A DNA stretch of 63,108 nucleotides, counting the filler, from Aduncisulcus paluster (lineage: Eukaryota): the NCBI GenBank assembly GCA_024181965.1. It is 5 parts of 5 records of this genome, joined end to end, with 100 filler letters (N's around TTAATTAATTAA, not from the genome) between each part and the next. Parts side by side here need not be neighbours in the genome. Positions count along the whole stretch, not along the records: positions 1 to 19,991 come from BQXS01012696.1; positions 20,092 to 33,668 come from BQXS01012697.1; 3 more parts are not named here. One strand, given 5' to 3'. Each line of letters opens with the position of its first letter. Position 1 is the stretch's first letter. The notes below the pieces were generated by a model. It saw nothing but the letters and a program-made list of their open reading frames with translations. It was not told the DNA's origin and searched no databases. Shown here piece after piece: positions 10,212-21,707 of the stretch. Both the position numbers and the translations under genes were made by a program.

Positions 10212-13200
10212 TCATTCAACATGCTCATCACAGTTTCGACAGTATCTTATAAGATCACCATCAAATATTGATTCACTGCCAGATGGAACAGTTTTGAACC
10301 ATTTGGAATGCTCCTTAACATTTGAAAAAGATTTGGAATCATCATTTGAAAAATCTTCTTCTTCTTCCTTTTTATCCTTCTCATCCTCTTTATCCTTCTC
10401 ATCCTCTTTATCCTTCTCATCCTCTTTATCCTTCTCATCCTCTTTATCCTGTTTTAAATCACCTTTATAGTAAACAGCCTGGTCAAATTCTGATAGTTTC
10501 AATTTTGAGAAAAGAGATTGAACTGTGGAAAGCATCGAAACAAGTTTTCGCCATTTATAAAGACCCAAAGGGTTTTGAACAAAAAATATATCGTACCATT
10601 TGTTTAATAGGCTGTTATTAATACAGGCCCTTTTACATAGTTGGATAGCATGGAGTGGATCACAACATAAATTAGCAAAAAACAACAAAACATATTCATG
10701 GGAACCTTCAACTATCTTATCCTCATCAAACTTTTTCTTCAAAATTTCAATAACAGGATCCAAAAGAGACCAAGCTTCAGCACAAATGGATTTATCAGGA
10801 GCATTTTCTTCGTTTGACCATGTAATATAAGCAAGAATACACATCCACTCACTCAAAGCCTCACAAATCCATATGGAGTCCAGTTTCACCAAATCCTTAA
10901 AATAAGGTTTGATTAATTTCATTATAATTCTCTTGGTCTTGGATGAATAACAGTAACAAAAATTAAAAAGAGTAATTATTGTACTTGTTACAACATGGTT
11001 TTTCCCCTCCAACAAATTCTCAGAACCTCTTTTGAGAAGGTTGTCAATATTTGAAGATATTTTGGGAAGAAAGCAATCTTCATATCTTTTAATTGTCCTG
11101 CAGAAAAAAATATCAGTGAAATTACCACAAAATGTACAAAATTCATCATCAAGGGAATCTGGCATTGCAAGATGGAATCTTGAAAAAGAACCAATAAAGT
11201 CATCAACAAGATCTTTAATCTTAGACTCGGGGAATTCAATGGGGTCGGTGATAGAAAAATGTTTATGGCAAATGAAATTGTTTAAACAATAAAAACACAC
11301 AAAAATCTCCTTTATATTCTCTTTAATTTGCTCATTAGTTCGAAATTTTCTGAATACAGAAAGGATATCCTTGTAGTTTTCATCATATAGAATTAAAGTT
11401 GAAGCCGAATCCCTGCACTTCCGAATTGATCTTAATAAATCTCCCCAATGTTTTAAATTTTGATCGCAATTGCTGAGATATACACAATAACTATCACTTC
11501 TCTCTGAAGCTTCATCATAACACCATTTCATCGCAGGATCAAACATAGGCGTCAAAGATCGAGCATTAGAAGGACATGTAGAGAGCATAGAAACAAGGTT
11601 TGACCAATATCGGATAGCAAACTGCTCCTTACTCTTCTTAACAACTTTATACCAATCTTCGAGCAAGTCTTTAACTTTATCATAAATATGATGAACATAG
11701 TCGTCAGAGATTGGACATAAATTGGCAACAAATTGGAAAAAACAATAGTTATCTTCCTTTATAAGACTATCTCTTGTTAAATTTTCTTTCACAAATTCGA
11801 GGATTGGCAGAAATAACCTCTGAGCACAAGCAGGTTCAATGGTGGAAGTATCGGTTTCATAGGAGTTGGTTATATTCATCAAAATACTCATCCAAAATCC
11901 AGAATATTTATCTTTTTGATCTAATTTTATCCAATCTTTTCGATATAATTTTAACCAAATTTCAACATAGGACACCTTTTCGTGTGTTGAAATAAGATCA
12001 AAAAATGCAGCTTTGGAAATGAATTCTGATCCTGATATACATCGGAGAGACTGTACTATATTTAAGATCAACTCTGATGAATGTATTTCTTCTTCAAGTC
12101 CATATTCAAGGTGATATTTTAAAGATGGAGCGATCTTTTGAAACAAATCAGGTTCTATGTTCTCTTTTAAGCAATAATCCTTTATAATTTTAAAATAAAG
12201 CGTTGACACTTCTCCTCCCAATATTTTCTCAAACCGGATCATATGTTCAATAAAATTGTCAACAAGATCCTTACGGTCAGAAGTTGGAAGGGATATTGTT
12301 TCATTTCCCACATCATGAAGCACATACTTGCTGAGATTCTGAAAGCAAGTAATAATTAGTTCCTCATTAGCCAAAATGTCAATTTCAGATTCCAAGCTCT
12401 CAAAAGCTGAAAGAATTGTTTTATAGTGTTTTTCATAATGAGCCAGAGTGTCGTCAGGAGTTTTTAAACGGCTTTTCAATGGTTTTATCAACTTACTCAA
12501 TTTCTCGAATCGACAATATTTTTTATATCGATTATAATTCTCGAATACTCCATCCATATCAAAGTTGTCACAACTTGTGTTACGGTAACACCATAACATG
12601 GCTGCAGAATGTTTTCGAACCAGATTAGGAACCAATTTTGGCACAGCGCAAAGTCTAGAAACGAGTTCTGACCAGTAATTAATTCCTTTTTCACAAGGAG
12701 CAGCCTTAACTGCCCTATACCATTTGGAGAGCAGATCCTCGATCCTACTATAGATTTTGGAAATATATTTTGGATAACTGCAACATAAATTCGATAAGAA
12801 TCGAAGAACGTGTTCATGATCCCCAACAAGAATATTTTCTTCTTCAAAACCTTTCTCAACAATATTGATGACATTTAGGAAAAGTGGCCAAACTTCAGAA
12901 TAAAGAGAAGAGTCACCCTTTGCAATCTGAACTAAAACCTCCATCCAACATCCAAAAATTCTATCATTCGTAATTATCCATGACTCGAAATAAGATTTTG
13001 TAAGATCAATTATCTTTGAAATCAAAGATATGGATTTGGAATGAGCAATGTGGCGCAGAGTTCCCAATAATTTGACTACTGTGCGTCCTTTTAACTCATG
13101 TTTGCTGCTTCTTTCGAGAATCCGACGAAAATCCGGAAGAAGACTATCATAGAGAGGTTCACAAAAAGGATCACCAACATAATACGAGTGAAACATTGTC

Positions 13201-15506
13201 ATGCTACACAACTCTTCCTCAACAGCTCCTTCCAATACCTCATCGCATCTTGAGATATGATCAATGAATGATTCAAAAAGATCAAAATGATCCATTTCTG
13301 GAAGAATAATCGATTCTGCATCATGATCTAAGTTTTGAGGACGGGAATGTAATATATTCAAACATTCACAACACTTCACGAGTTCCCGTTTATGTTCTTT
13401 CATCTCTTCTGAGGATTGAAAAGCAAGGAAGATTGAAAGAAGTGTATTCTTATGTTTACAATATAGATTAGAAAGTGAATCGCAAGAATAACACTGGGAT
13501 ATATCCAACAGAATATGATCGAGGAATTGAACAACAATTGAAGGAATTTGACGAATTAATTTACCTCGAAAGGCTTCAACTCTGTTCTCAGCGGAAATGG
13601 CAATTAAAAACAACGCTTTTGACACTCCGGATATTGCCTCCTTTTCTTTCTCTTCTTCCTCTGCTTCTTTCTCTTCCTTTTTTGTTGTTGGATTCAGTAT
13701 TTGTTCAACTCGAACCAAATGATCGAAAAGAGAATCGATCAACATTTTCATCGAAGAAACATCAAGAAATACCCTCAAAGTGCCTGAATCAATGATTGCC
13801 ACGTGTTCTACGAAGAAAAACAGACATTCAAAACATTTTGAATATAGGTCAGGGTTTGAGAGGATCGTATCAACCAGATCTTGAGAAGAGAAGATATTAC
13901 GGATATCAGGCATATAGTTATTGAATAGAGCTGACACCTCTTCCGTCGAAGTTGTCTTTTCAATATCAAATTTCAACTGATCAAGCTGTCTAGAATCCAT
14001 TAATAACGGAGTCACTAGGGATGTAGATTCCGCTTTCGAAGGAATTGAATTCATTTTCTCACCTCGAAAGCGTCTCTTTCCAACAGAAATGGTGTCTTCA
14101 CTGCTACAAACATTGACACTTGGCAAACTAACAGTTTCTTTCTCCCCTTCACGATGATCAACACCTTCAATAATTTCAGGATTAGTACGATGGTTCTTAA
14201 GTTTAAGTTGAATAAATTCTTCGACGCTTGGACATTTCCATCCTTCTCCAATCTTTGGGAGAAGAGATTTGATCACTTGAACTTTCTCACGAGCAGTATG
14301 AACACTCATACGCGCATCCTTATCAAAAATGGTCAAACCTTCATATATTTCATTCAAACACTTGAAAACAGGTTTGTATTTCCCACCATCAATGGTCTGG
14401 AGGGAACTAAAGAGGGTAGAATCAGAAAGTTTGGGACCTATTCCTTCAGTAAGAATACTCATTAACTCTTTTACGTATATTGGTCTACTTGTAATTCCTT
14501 GCAACAGAGGATAATGACTAAAAGGATCACAACCTTCAAAAATAGCAAGAATTGTCATTCCAAGTGAATAAGCATCACTTTTTTGGCTATGGGAACCTCG
14601 AAGAGCTTCACAAGAGTTGTACACAAAAGTTCCACATATCAAATTGTTTGCAGCGAATGATTGCCCAGATGAAATAAAAGAAGAGGATGAAAAACTTCTG
14701 ATGGTAGTGGAAGAAATTGAATCTTCAATTTGAGCCATTCCAAGATCAGAGAGCACAACGCCACACTCTCCATCTTTGGGATCAACACGAACAAGGAAGT
14801 TGGCCGGTTTAATATCTCGATGAACAAGACTCTTCTTTGCCATAAACACGTCATCAAGACACTCGATCATATCAACACAGAGAGCACTCACCTTCACAGG
14901 GTTCAGTGACATCGGGTCAAAATGGATGTGAGAAGAGGTAGATGACTCAGAGCTTGAATCAGAACTAGAATCAGAGCTTGAATCATCGGAATCTTCGGTC
15001 TTTTCAGTTCTCAGATATTTGCTATCAGCACACCAACTCTTTGCAAACGCACTCACACTGCCTCCAATACAAAATTCCATCAAAAAACCATATGTACCTT
15101 TAAAATCGCCATCAAGAAGGTCAAGAATATATAGAGGACAAGGGATCCGATGGAAACACTTGGGATTTTTAAACAAATTTCGTTGCATTTTGAACTCCTT
15201 CCGACAACCTTTTAAAGTTTTTTTGTCAGCACTCCGAAGCATCTTTTTCAAGACGCACGGGAAGTCAATACCATCGACTTTAACAAGAAGAACTTCTGAA
15301 AATCCACCACTGCCAATGGTGCACAGAGGCTTCAAAGTTGAGGGTGAAGTTATTGTGAAGGAGTCACGCTTTGGAACGTGTCGTTTAGAACACTAAAAAA
15401 ATTGGATCAAATAAAAAAAAACATAAAAAGAAAATAAAGGGATATTAGACTACTGAAAAATGAAACAAAAATAGCCATGACGAAATCATACTTCTGGTGA
15501 ACTCAT
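10212..15506 (-). CDS. Divergent Ser/Thr protein kinase with a C-terminal array of ~340-aa helical (ARM/HEAT-like) units; exons 15506-15492 and 15392-10212
   Basis: Kinase motifs IGSGGFSEV, VLKK, HRDIKPANFL, SDLG, GTFVY and KSDAYSLG. A 99-nt GTATGA...TTTTAG intron (15491-15393) joins MSSPE in frame to CSKRHVPK...LKPLCTIG. Three recurring units contain WM..L..I, F..NLC, LL.[KD]WY and W..LVS.L. Confidence 0.88.
10369..10450 (-). repeat. 18-bp tandem repeat encoding (DKEDEK)x4 in the kinase C-terminus
   Basis: TTTATCCTTCTCATCCTC repeated about 4.5 times. Confidence 0.9.
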
Positions 15507-16538
15507 TTGCTTGTAGCAACTCTATTGAATTATAAGTATGAAAATATAAATAATATTTAAAGAGAATATCGTCAATTTCAGTTGAAAGATATTTGTCGAA
15601 GTGGTAGAAAATGATGTCAAGCGAAAATCAAGTTAGTGAGCTGTTTTGATTCAATAATGGAGAAAAATTAATTATTCATTAGTGTTATAAAATAAAATAC
15701 ATACAATCAGAATGCAAATTAAATCTTTCAGAGAAAAAAACTTGATTCTTGAATTCCGTTGTCGCCAACCGTTCCGCCGGCGGCGGCCGAGAAGCAGGAC
15801 ATTTTCATTGCAATTTGTTGTTTATTGGGCTTTTTATCTCAAATAAGTGATCTTATCTTTTGGCAAGACCACCAACATTGTTGGTCCAACAACAAACATT
15901 ATAATATAATGATTATATTTTATTTATTTTTTTTTCATCCAAAATTTTTTGTTCCAATTTGATATGCTCCAATCAGATAAACGAGTCAATAATCACGAAG
16001 AATCAAAAACTCAATCCGCAAATATGGCACGGACAAGGAATATCAAAAATAAAGGTATCTAAAACACGAATTGTATATCTCCTAATATAAAATAACCTCC
16101 ATGTTTTAAAATAAAGGATACTAAATCACAAAAAAAATAGAGAGAAAGTGATGCGGTATCGAAGCTAATTTCTATATTAGACTCGCTTCAGCAAAAATAA
16201 TTGTAATAAAACAAAACAGAAAAGAAAGAAAGAAACAAATAATAGAAATAAAAAAAAACAAAAAAATAGAAATAAAAATTAAGCATTTAATCTTAACCAC
16301 AATTAAATGATTAGTTAGTTTTAGTTCTTGCCAGTTGATTCAGCGTTTTTACATTGATACCCATCGATTTCGAGTTTAAATAATAATAATAATTAATTTA
16401 TAAAAATAGGGAAAAATAGAGAGACCAAATACTTAACAATCGAAAGAAGAGGAAAGCAGAGAACAATAATCATTCAAAAAAAATACAAGAAAAAGAAATG
16501 AAAAAAATTATGGATAAAATTATATAATGAAATGTTAA

Positions 16539-16633
16539 TACTGTACTATACTGTACTATACTATACTGTACTATACTATACTGTACTATACTATACTGTA
16601 CTATACTATACTGTACTATACTATACTGTACTA
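16539..16633. repeat. Microsatellite of TACTR pentamers with a 15-bp higher-order unit (TACTGTACTATACTA)n
   Basis: Directly visible array in the AT-rich spacer downstream of the 16782 gene. Confidence 0.95.
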
Positions 16634-16781
16634 AAGAATTAATGGAAAAATAATACACACAAAAGATTCTTAATAAATTCAAATCACTATTCATAATTTT
16701 CAAGATATATATAGTGTCTTTCACAATGACTAGAGTTACCACAACACACCAAAGATCAAGAAACGATATATAGATTATAAT

Positions 16782-19700
16782 TTATCCTTGATAAATCTCG
16801 CTTTCTTCAGTCAAAACTCCATCAACCCATTGAGCATACAGAGGAGCATAAACTTTCTCAGTGAAAGAGTCACAGCAGAGGAAAGGATCATGTTGAGGAG
16901 GAGGAAGAGGAGGAGGAGGAGGAGGAGGAGGAGGAGGGTAATCACCATTCTTTTCTTTCCACTGTTTTTCAAGCTCTCGCATATCTCTCTTTTCCTTCTT
17001 CAAACGTTCTTTCTCGGCTTCTTCTCGTTCCTTCAATACCTTGACGCGACTCTTCCTCCTTCTCAAATACTCCTTCCGACATTTAATAATGTTTGAAGAG
17101 CCCCAATCATACATGTGGAAGGTTACCATCGTTGAAGTGGAAGGAAGAGGGGAAGTGTCAGCATCTGTCAAAGAACTAGAGCATTTCAGAGTAGCGACAA
17201 CAGTGTCTTTCTTCTTCTTTCCAAATTTAATCTCAATCCTCCTCTTTTTGCCAATGATTTTCTTCGAACCACCTTCCAAAGATGAACCGTGAGTTGAAGA
17301 AGGAGAGGAAGCAACAGTATCTTTTTTGGAATCAGCTTTCTCCTTGTCCTTAAGCTTACTATCAACATCTAAAGCGGAAGGCTTGACCTCTGGTATATAA
17401 CGATCTAACCAAGGGGTATAAAAGGGGCCTCTTTCGGGAGGGTTGGGAGGCAACAAGAGGAAACACTTACTAAGCTTGCCTCCAGGTGCTCCAAAATCAC
17501 ACCCATCAGTCTTTGACATCAGTTTGTGCACATTACTGTCCTTGATTCCACGGTGGAGGACACATGCTACTAAATCACGACGTGTCTCAAACTCAAGGAA
17601 AACACACCGAGCACGGGCACCTGCTCTTGCTCCCCTTACAGCTTTTAGCTTAAACTCACATCCCTTCTTTCCAGTGGCTATCATTGATGATGAAGAAGAA
17701 GATGAAGAAGAAGAAGAAGAAGAGGAGGAAAGAGGAATATTCCCACTCTCAGAAGGGATTGTTTCAGTAGTTGTTGCATCCTCAGGCGTTGAAGTGGTGG
17801 ATTTCTTGGTAGTAGATATCGAAGGACCGTGAATATCCCCCTTATCACACCCTCCCATGATTCGTCTCATTTCAGAATCACTGACACCTTCCTTGACGGC
17901 GAATACCACCAAACGTCCCATGTTCGAAAGAGAGAAAGGATCACGACATGAACGAGTATGAGCTGAAAAGAAAACACGTCCGTCTGCAGCCGGTAACACC
18001 GGTGGAGTTAACGGCAAAGAACACGGCGTGTGAGCAGTGTCTTCGGCAGTCGTCGGCACACAGAAATAAACCTGTAAATTAATAGGAACCAAAGGTAAAG
18101 AGCAAGGTGATGATATAAATGGATATCCCGATGAGCATGATGGTGACTTAATCGTAGTTGATGTTTGACTTTTGTTGACTTTCTTTTCGAACAAACTTCT
18201 TCTTCTTCTTCTTATCGGGAGAAGAGATAATTGACGTAATACCAAGAATCTTAGTACTCAACTTGTCGTCGCTTCCTCCCTGTACTTGAGAAGAGCCTAC
18301 AGATTCCTGTCCAGTCAATTTGTCACTTGTCAATACAGACGTGCTACTGGTACCACATGCACAAGTTGAATGGTTCCCCTCGACTCCATAGATCCTTCCT
18401 TTCTCCAAATGTTTTCTAACCCATTCATGCACTTTCATTGCATATTCCTGAGAGTTTAAGATGACAATCAAAATATCGTCTGCTATGAAGTGTGTACTGA
18501 TGGAACAGATGGCACTCAGAGGAAGACCACACCCACCACAAGAACAAGAGACAAATGGAGATGGGTGGAGATGTTCGCCATTCGAATGGAAATCCTCCTC
18601 TTTAAAGAGTTCTTGCACTTCAATCTTCGCACGTTCGGCTGGGATGAAGCCATTGAATTGTGGATTAACGGGACAGGATGAACAGTCGCACACAGAACCC
18701 AAGAACACGGAAGATGAATGGGGTTGTCCAGAACCAGAAGTAGAATGTTTTGATGCATCTGCTCCAGTCACGGGAGCTCCAGTAGCATCATGTTCGAGTG
18801 AGAAACAAGTATTGGAAGAAGAAGAATCATGCATTAATTCCTTGTCCTGCTCTGTTGTTTTCGTATCATAGTCAGGGGACCTACATCCGCATATCCAGCG
18901 CATGATCTCTTTAGGGCTGAAGGAAGAAATGCCTCCGCCAACGAACATCAGTGCGTGGGTTCGCATCCCGACAAGTGCAGGAAGTGGTTTGGAGTCTGGG
19001 TATGACTTGAACAGAGGAATGTAATGGACATGACGCTTACTCCAAACGTCAAAGGACTCATCTATGGTGCTCTGCCTGGTGTGAGAGCCACCGTGGCCAA
19101 TGGAACCACGTGGAGCTGTCACATTCCCATTGCTCCCTCTTCCCATAACCATGCCAGAATGCTGACGGAACTGCTGGTGGGCACTATGGGAATGTCTCCT
19201 AAAATCAGCTCCAGAAGGCATCGTGGATCCAAATTGAGAATACTGAGGGTACATCTGTTGTGTCGAATGGTGTGAGGAAGATCGCATAATGGGCATTTGA
19301 CCTGACATCTGCATCGAAGGGTGTGAGGGTGTGAGAGAGTGGGATAAAGGATACATCATCGGTTGTGATCTACGACCCTGAGGGATGGGACCCATAGTTG
19401 CGGGATATCCCGAATGGTGAGAGAAACCAGGCATTCCCATGCTTGAAGCTCCACCAGCCATACTTAGACCATCCATTCCTTTCCACTGCGGCAGTGTCAT
19501 TGTACCACTGCTTCCACGCTGAATAGAGCCCTGGGGAGAGTATGAAGGTGCTCCAGACGCTCCATAAGCATCGAACATACCAGCAATGTGTTGACGTTCA
19601 CCCTGAGAGAAGTGATATGAATGACGCTGCGGGACAGGCAGAGTGATTGAAGGAAGATTACCATCGCCACTTGTACCACGCATTGCAGCACTTCCACGGA

Positions 19701-19991
19701 CAATGTCAGAGTTGACACCACTGATAGAGTGCCGATGCATGAGGGAAGGATATGCGGATCCACCATAAGAAGGGGTGAGTGTGGGCTGACTATGGAATGG
19801 ACTACCGACAGATGAAAAGGTACCATGAGCAGAACTGGCTGGAGAAGGGAAGAAAGGAGTATCGGTAAAGGGCGAAGAAGAGGGAGAAGGCGACAGGGTG
19901 TAACGAGGCATCATTTGTTGTTGTGATTGGGATCCTGTCGATCCAGAGGATCCTTGTGGGATTTGAACGGCGGGAAAACCACTGTCAGAAG
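16782..19991 (-). CDS. Probable single low-complexity, putative RNA-binding protein (degenerate RRM-like elements) split into two overlapping frames at ~18150-18245; 5' end lost in linker gap
   Basis: Frame 1 is open from the gap (19990) to 18148 and frame 2 from 18245 to 16782. S/G/M/Q/H-rich N-terminal region; RRM-like segments ALMFVGGG, GRLVVFAVKEGVSDSEMRRIM and CVFLEFET; coiled coil and poly-Pro near the C-terminus. Confidence 0.55.
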
Positions 19992-20091
19992 NNNNNNNNN
20001 NNNNNNNNNNNNNNNNNNNNNNNNNNNNNNNNNNNTTAATTAATTAANNNNNNNNNNNNNNNNNNNNNNNNNNNNNNNNNNNNNNNNNNNN
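19992..20091. other. Artificial contig-joining linker N44-TTAATTAATTAA-N44 (also at 33669-33768, 56113-56212, 60630-60729)
   Basis: The same 100-nt structure occurs four times. TTAATTAATTAA gives stops in all six frames, and genes are cut at each junction. Confidence 0.97.
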
Positions 20092-21282
20092 ATCACCATA
20101 GACTCCCTAAAAGGACTGGATGCTCTGCATTCAGCAAATATTATCCATACAGACATTAAACCTGAAAATATTTTATTTATGAACCCACCCCCAAGCTCCA
20201 GGACAGGAACGACATATACTGACGCCTGTGTGAAGGTAAGTGCCCTGTCGACGAGTGAAACCGATAGTTTTGTCGATTCTGTTGAGGACCTCGAACATGT
20301 CTCGATCGAGTGTCTTCCCAGGGGTAAAAGGGTGAAAGTTGTTGAAATTTTAATCAAAGAATGCAAAAAACATGGCGAAGGAATGACTGTAAGCAAGTTA
20401 TTAGACCAATATCACCAGCCCCTCGACTGTCTTGATGATGTCATTCCTTTCTGCCGCTGTAAACGGGGCAAGAAGCTTAGGGACATAAAACTCTCCTCAA
20501 CCGAAGGAAGTCCTGCCATTCAGGGGGACTCCAAGGGTAGTGACTCATCTCCTTCCACTGTTCCTGATGCGTCTACTAGCCCTACCATAGTTTCTAGCCC
20601 TTCCACCCCATCCATCTCTCGTTCTTTCTGTCCCCACTGCTGCGGTGTCATTATGCCACCCCCACCAGGCCTTCTTGACTATCCCCTTGACCGATTTGGT
20701 GTCAAGATTGTTGATCTTGGGAATGGGTGCTTTGTGGACCATCATTTCACTGAGGAGATTCAAACGAGGCAATACAGAGCCCCCGAGGTGATTGTTGGTG
20801 CGGAATATGACTGTAGCACTGATATATGGTCCCTCGGGTGCACCATATATGAAATGATCAGTGGGAAGTTCTTGTTCAGACCTGTGAGGAAAGATGGAAA
20901 GTATTCACGCGACGAAGATCATTTGGCTTTAATGATGGAGAAGATCGGAGGCGTGTTTCCTCAAAGGCTGGTCAAGGAGGGGTCGAAAGCAAGACAATTC
21001 TTCAATTCTAGTGGAAGATTACGCCGGATTCGTGTATTGGAACCTATTTCAATCAAGGAAAAATTAAGCAAATACGTAAAAGATTTTGATGAGATTCGTC
21101 TCATTGCCGATTTACTCGGTAAAATGCTAAAATTAGATCCTAGAGATCGTGCTTCTGCTTCAGAACTTCTCCAACATCCTTGGATCTCTGAAGAGGATGA
21201 AGGAGAAGAAGAAAATGAGTATGATGAAAATGAATATGACGAATACGAAAAATCTGGTGACTCTCAATATGAATATGAATAA
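20092..21282 (+). CDS. SRPK: SR-protein kinase (SRPK family), 5'-truncated by linker
   Basis: IIHTDIKPENIL, a long spacer insert, then VKIVDLGNGC..HHFTEEIQTRQYRAPEVIVG and YSRDEDHLALMME, all SRPK signatures; acidic tail. Confidence 0.93.
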   Translation: MTIDSLKGLDALHSANIIHTDIKPENILFMNPPPSSRTGTTYTDACVKVSALSTSETDSFVDSVEDLEHVSIECLPRGKRVKVVEILIKECKKHGEGMTVSKLLDQYHQPLDCLDDVIPFCRCKRGKKLRDIKLSSTEGSPAIQGDSKGSDSSPSTVPDASTSPTIVSSPSTPSISRSFCPHCCGVIMPPPPGLLDYPLDRFGVKIVDLGNGCFVDHHFTEEIQTRQYRAPEVIVGAEYDCSTDIWSLGCTIYEMISGKFLFRPVRKDGKYSRDEDHLALMMEKIGGVFPQRLVKEGSKARQFFNSSGRLRRIRVLEPISIKEKLSKYVKDFDEIRLIADLLGKMLKLDPRDRASASELLQHPWISEEDEGEEENEYDENEYDEYEKSGDSQYEYE

Positions 21283-21707
21283 AATCTTCGCTTTTCAACT
21301 TAGTATAAACCAATTTCATCCCGTCGGCTCCTACACCACATTCCCTTAATTGATAAAATAATAATTATTGATTAATATTTATATTGCCAATATACTGACA
21401 ATTTAATAATAGTAAAATTTACAATTTGGAGGAATTAGTCCTGTAGAACAATTCGACTCTTGACGAAGTAATTAGAATTTCCTAGGAAATAAAAAAAGAT
21501 AAATTTTCATCTTTACTCCGTGACATATCATAATTCACCTTCAAACTTAATGTCGAGAGTTTTTTTTCAATCAGATTTTGTGATCAAACCATTCTCAACT
21601 CATCACTAAATATATGACCAAAAACAACAAATTTCTGCTTTTTGCTTTGAAGTTCAAATTCCTATTAGGTGAAAAATAGCGAATTGTCTATTCAGTTCTA
21701 TTTATTT

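Noticed and set aside
20036..20047. TTAATTAATTAA as a conserved biological motif
   Set aside because: It is always centred in a 100-nt N spacer, so it is an artificial six-frame stop linker.
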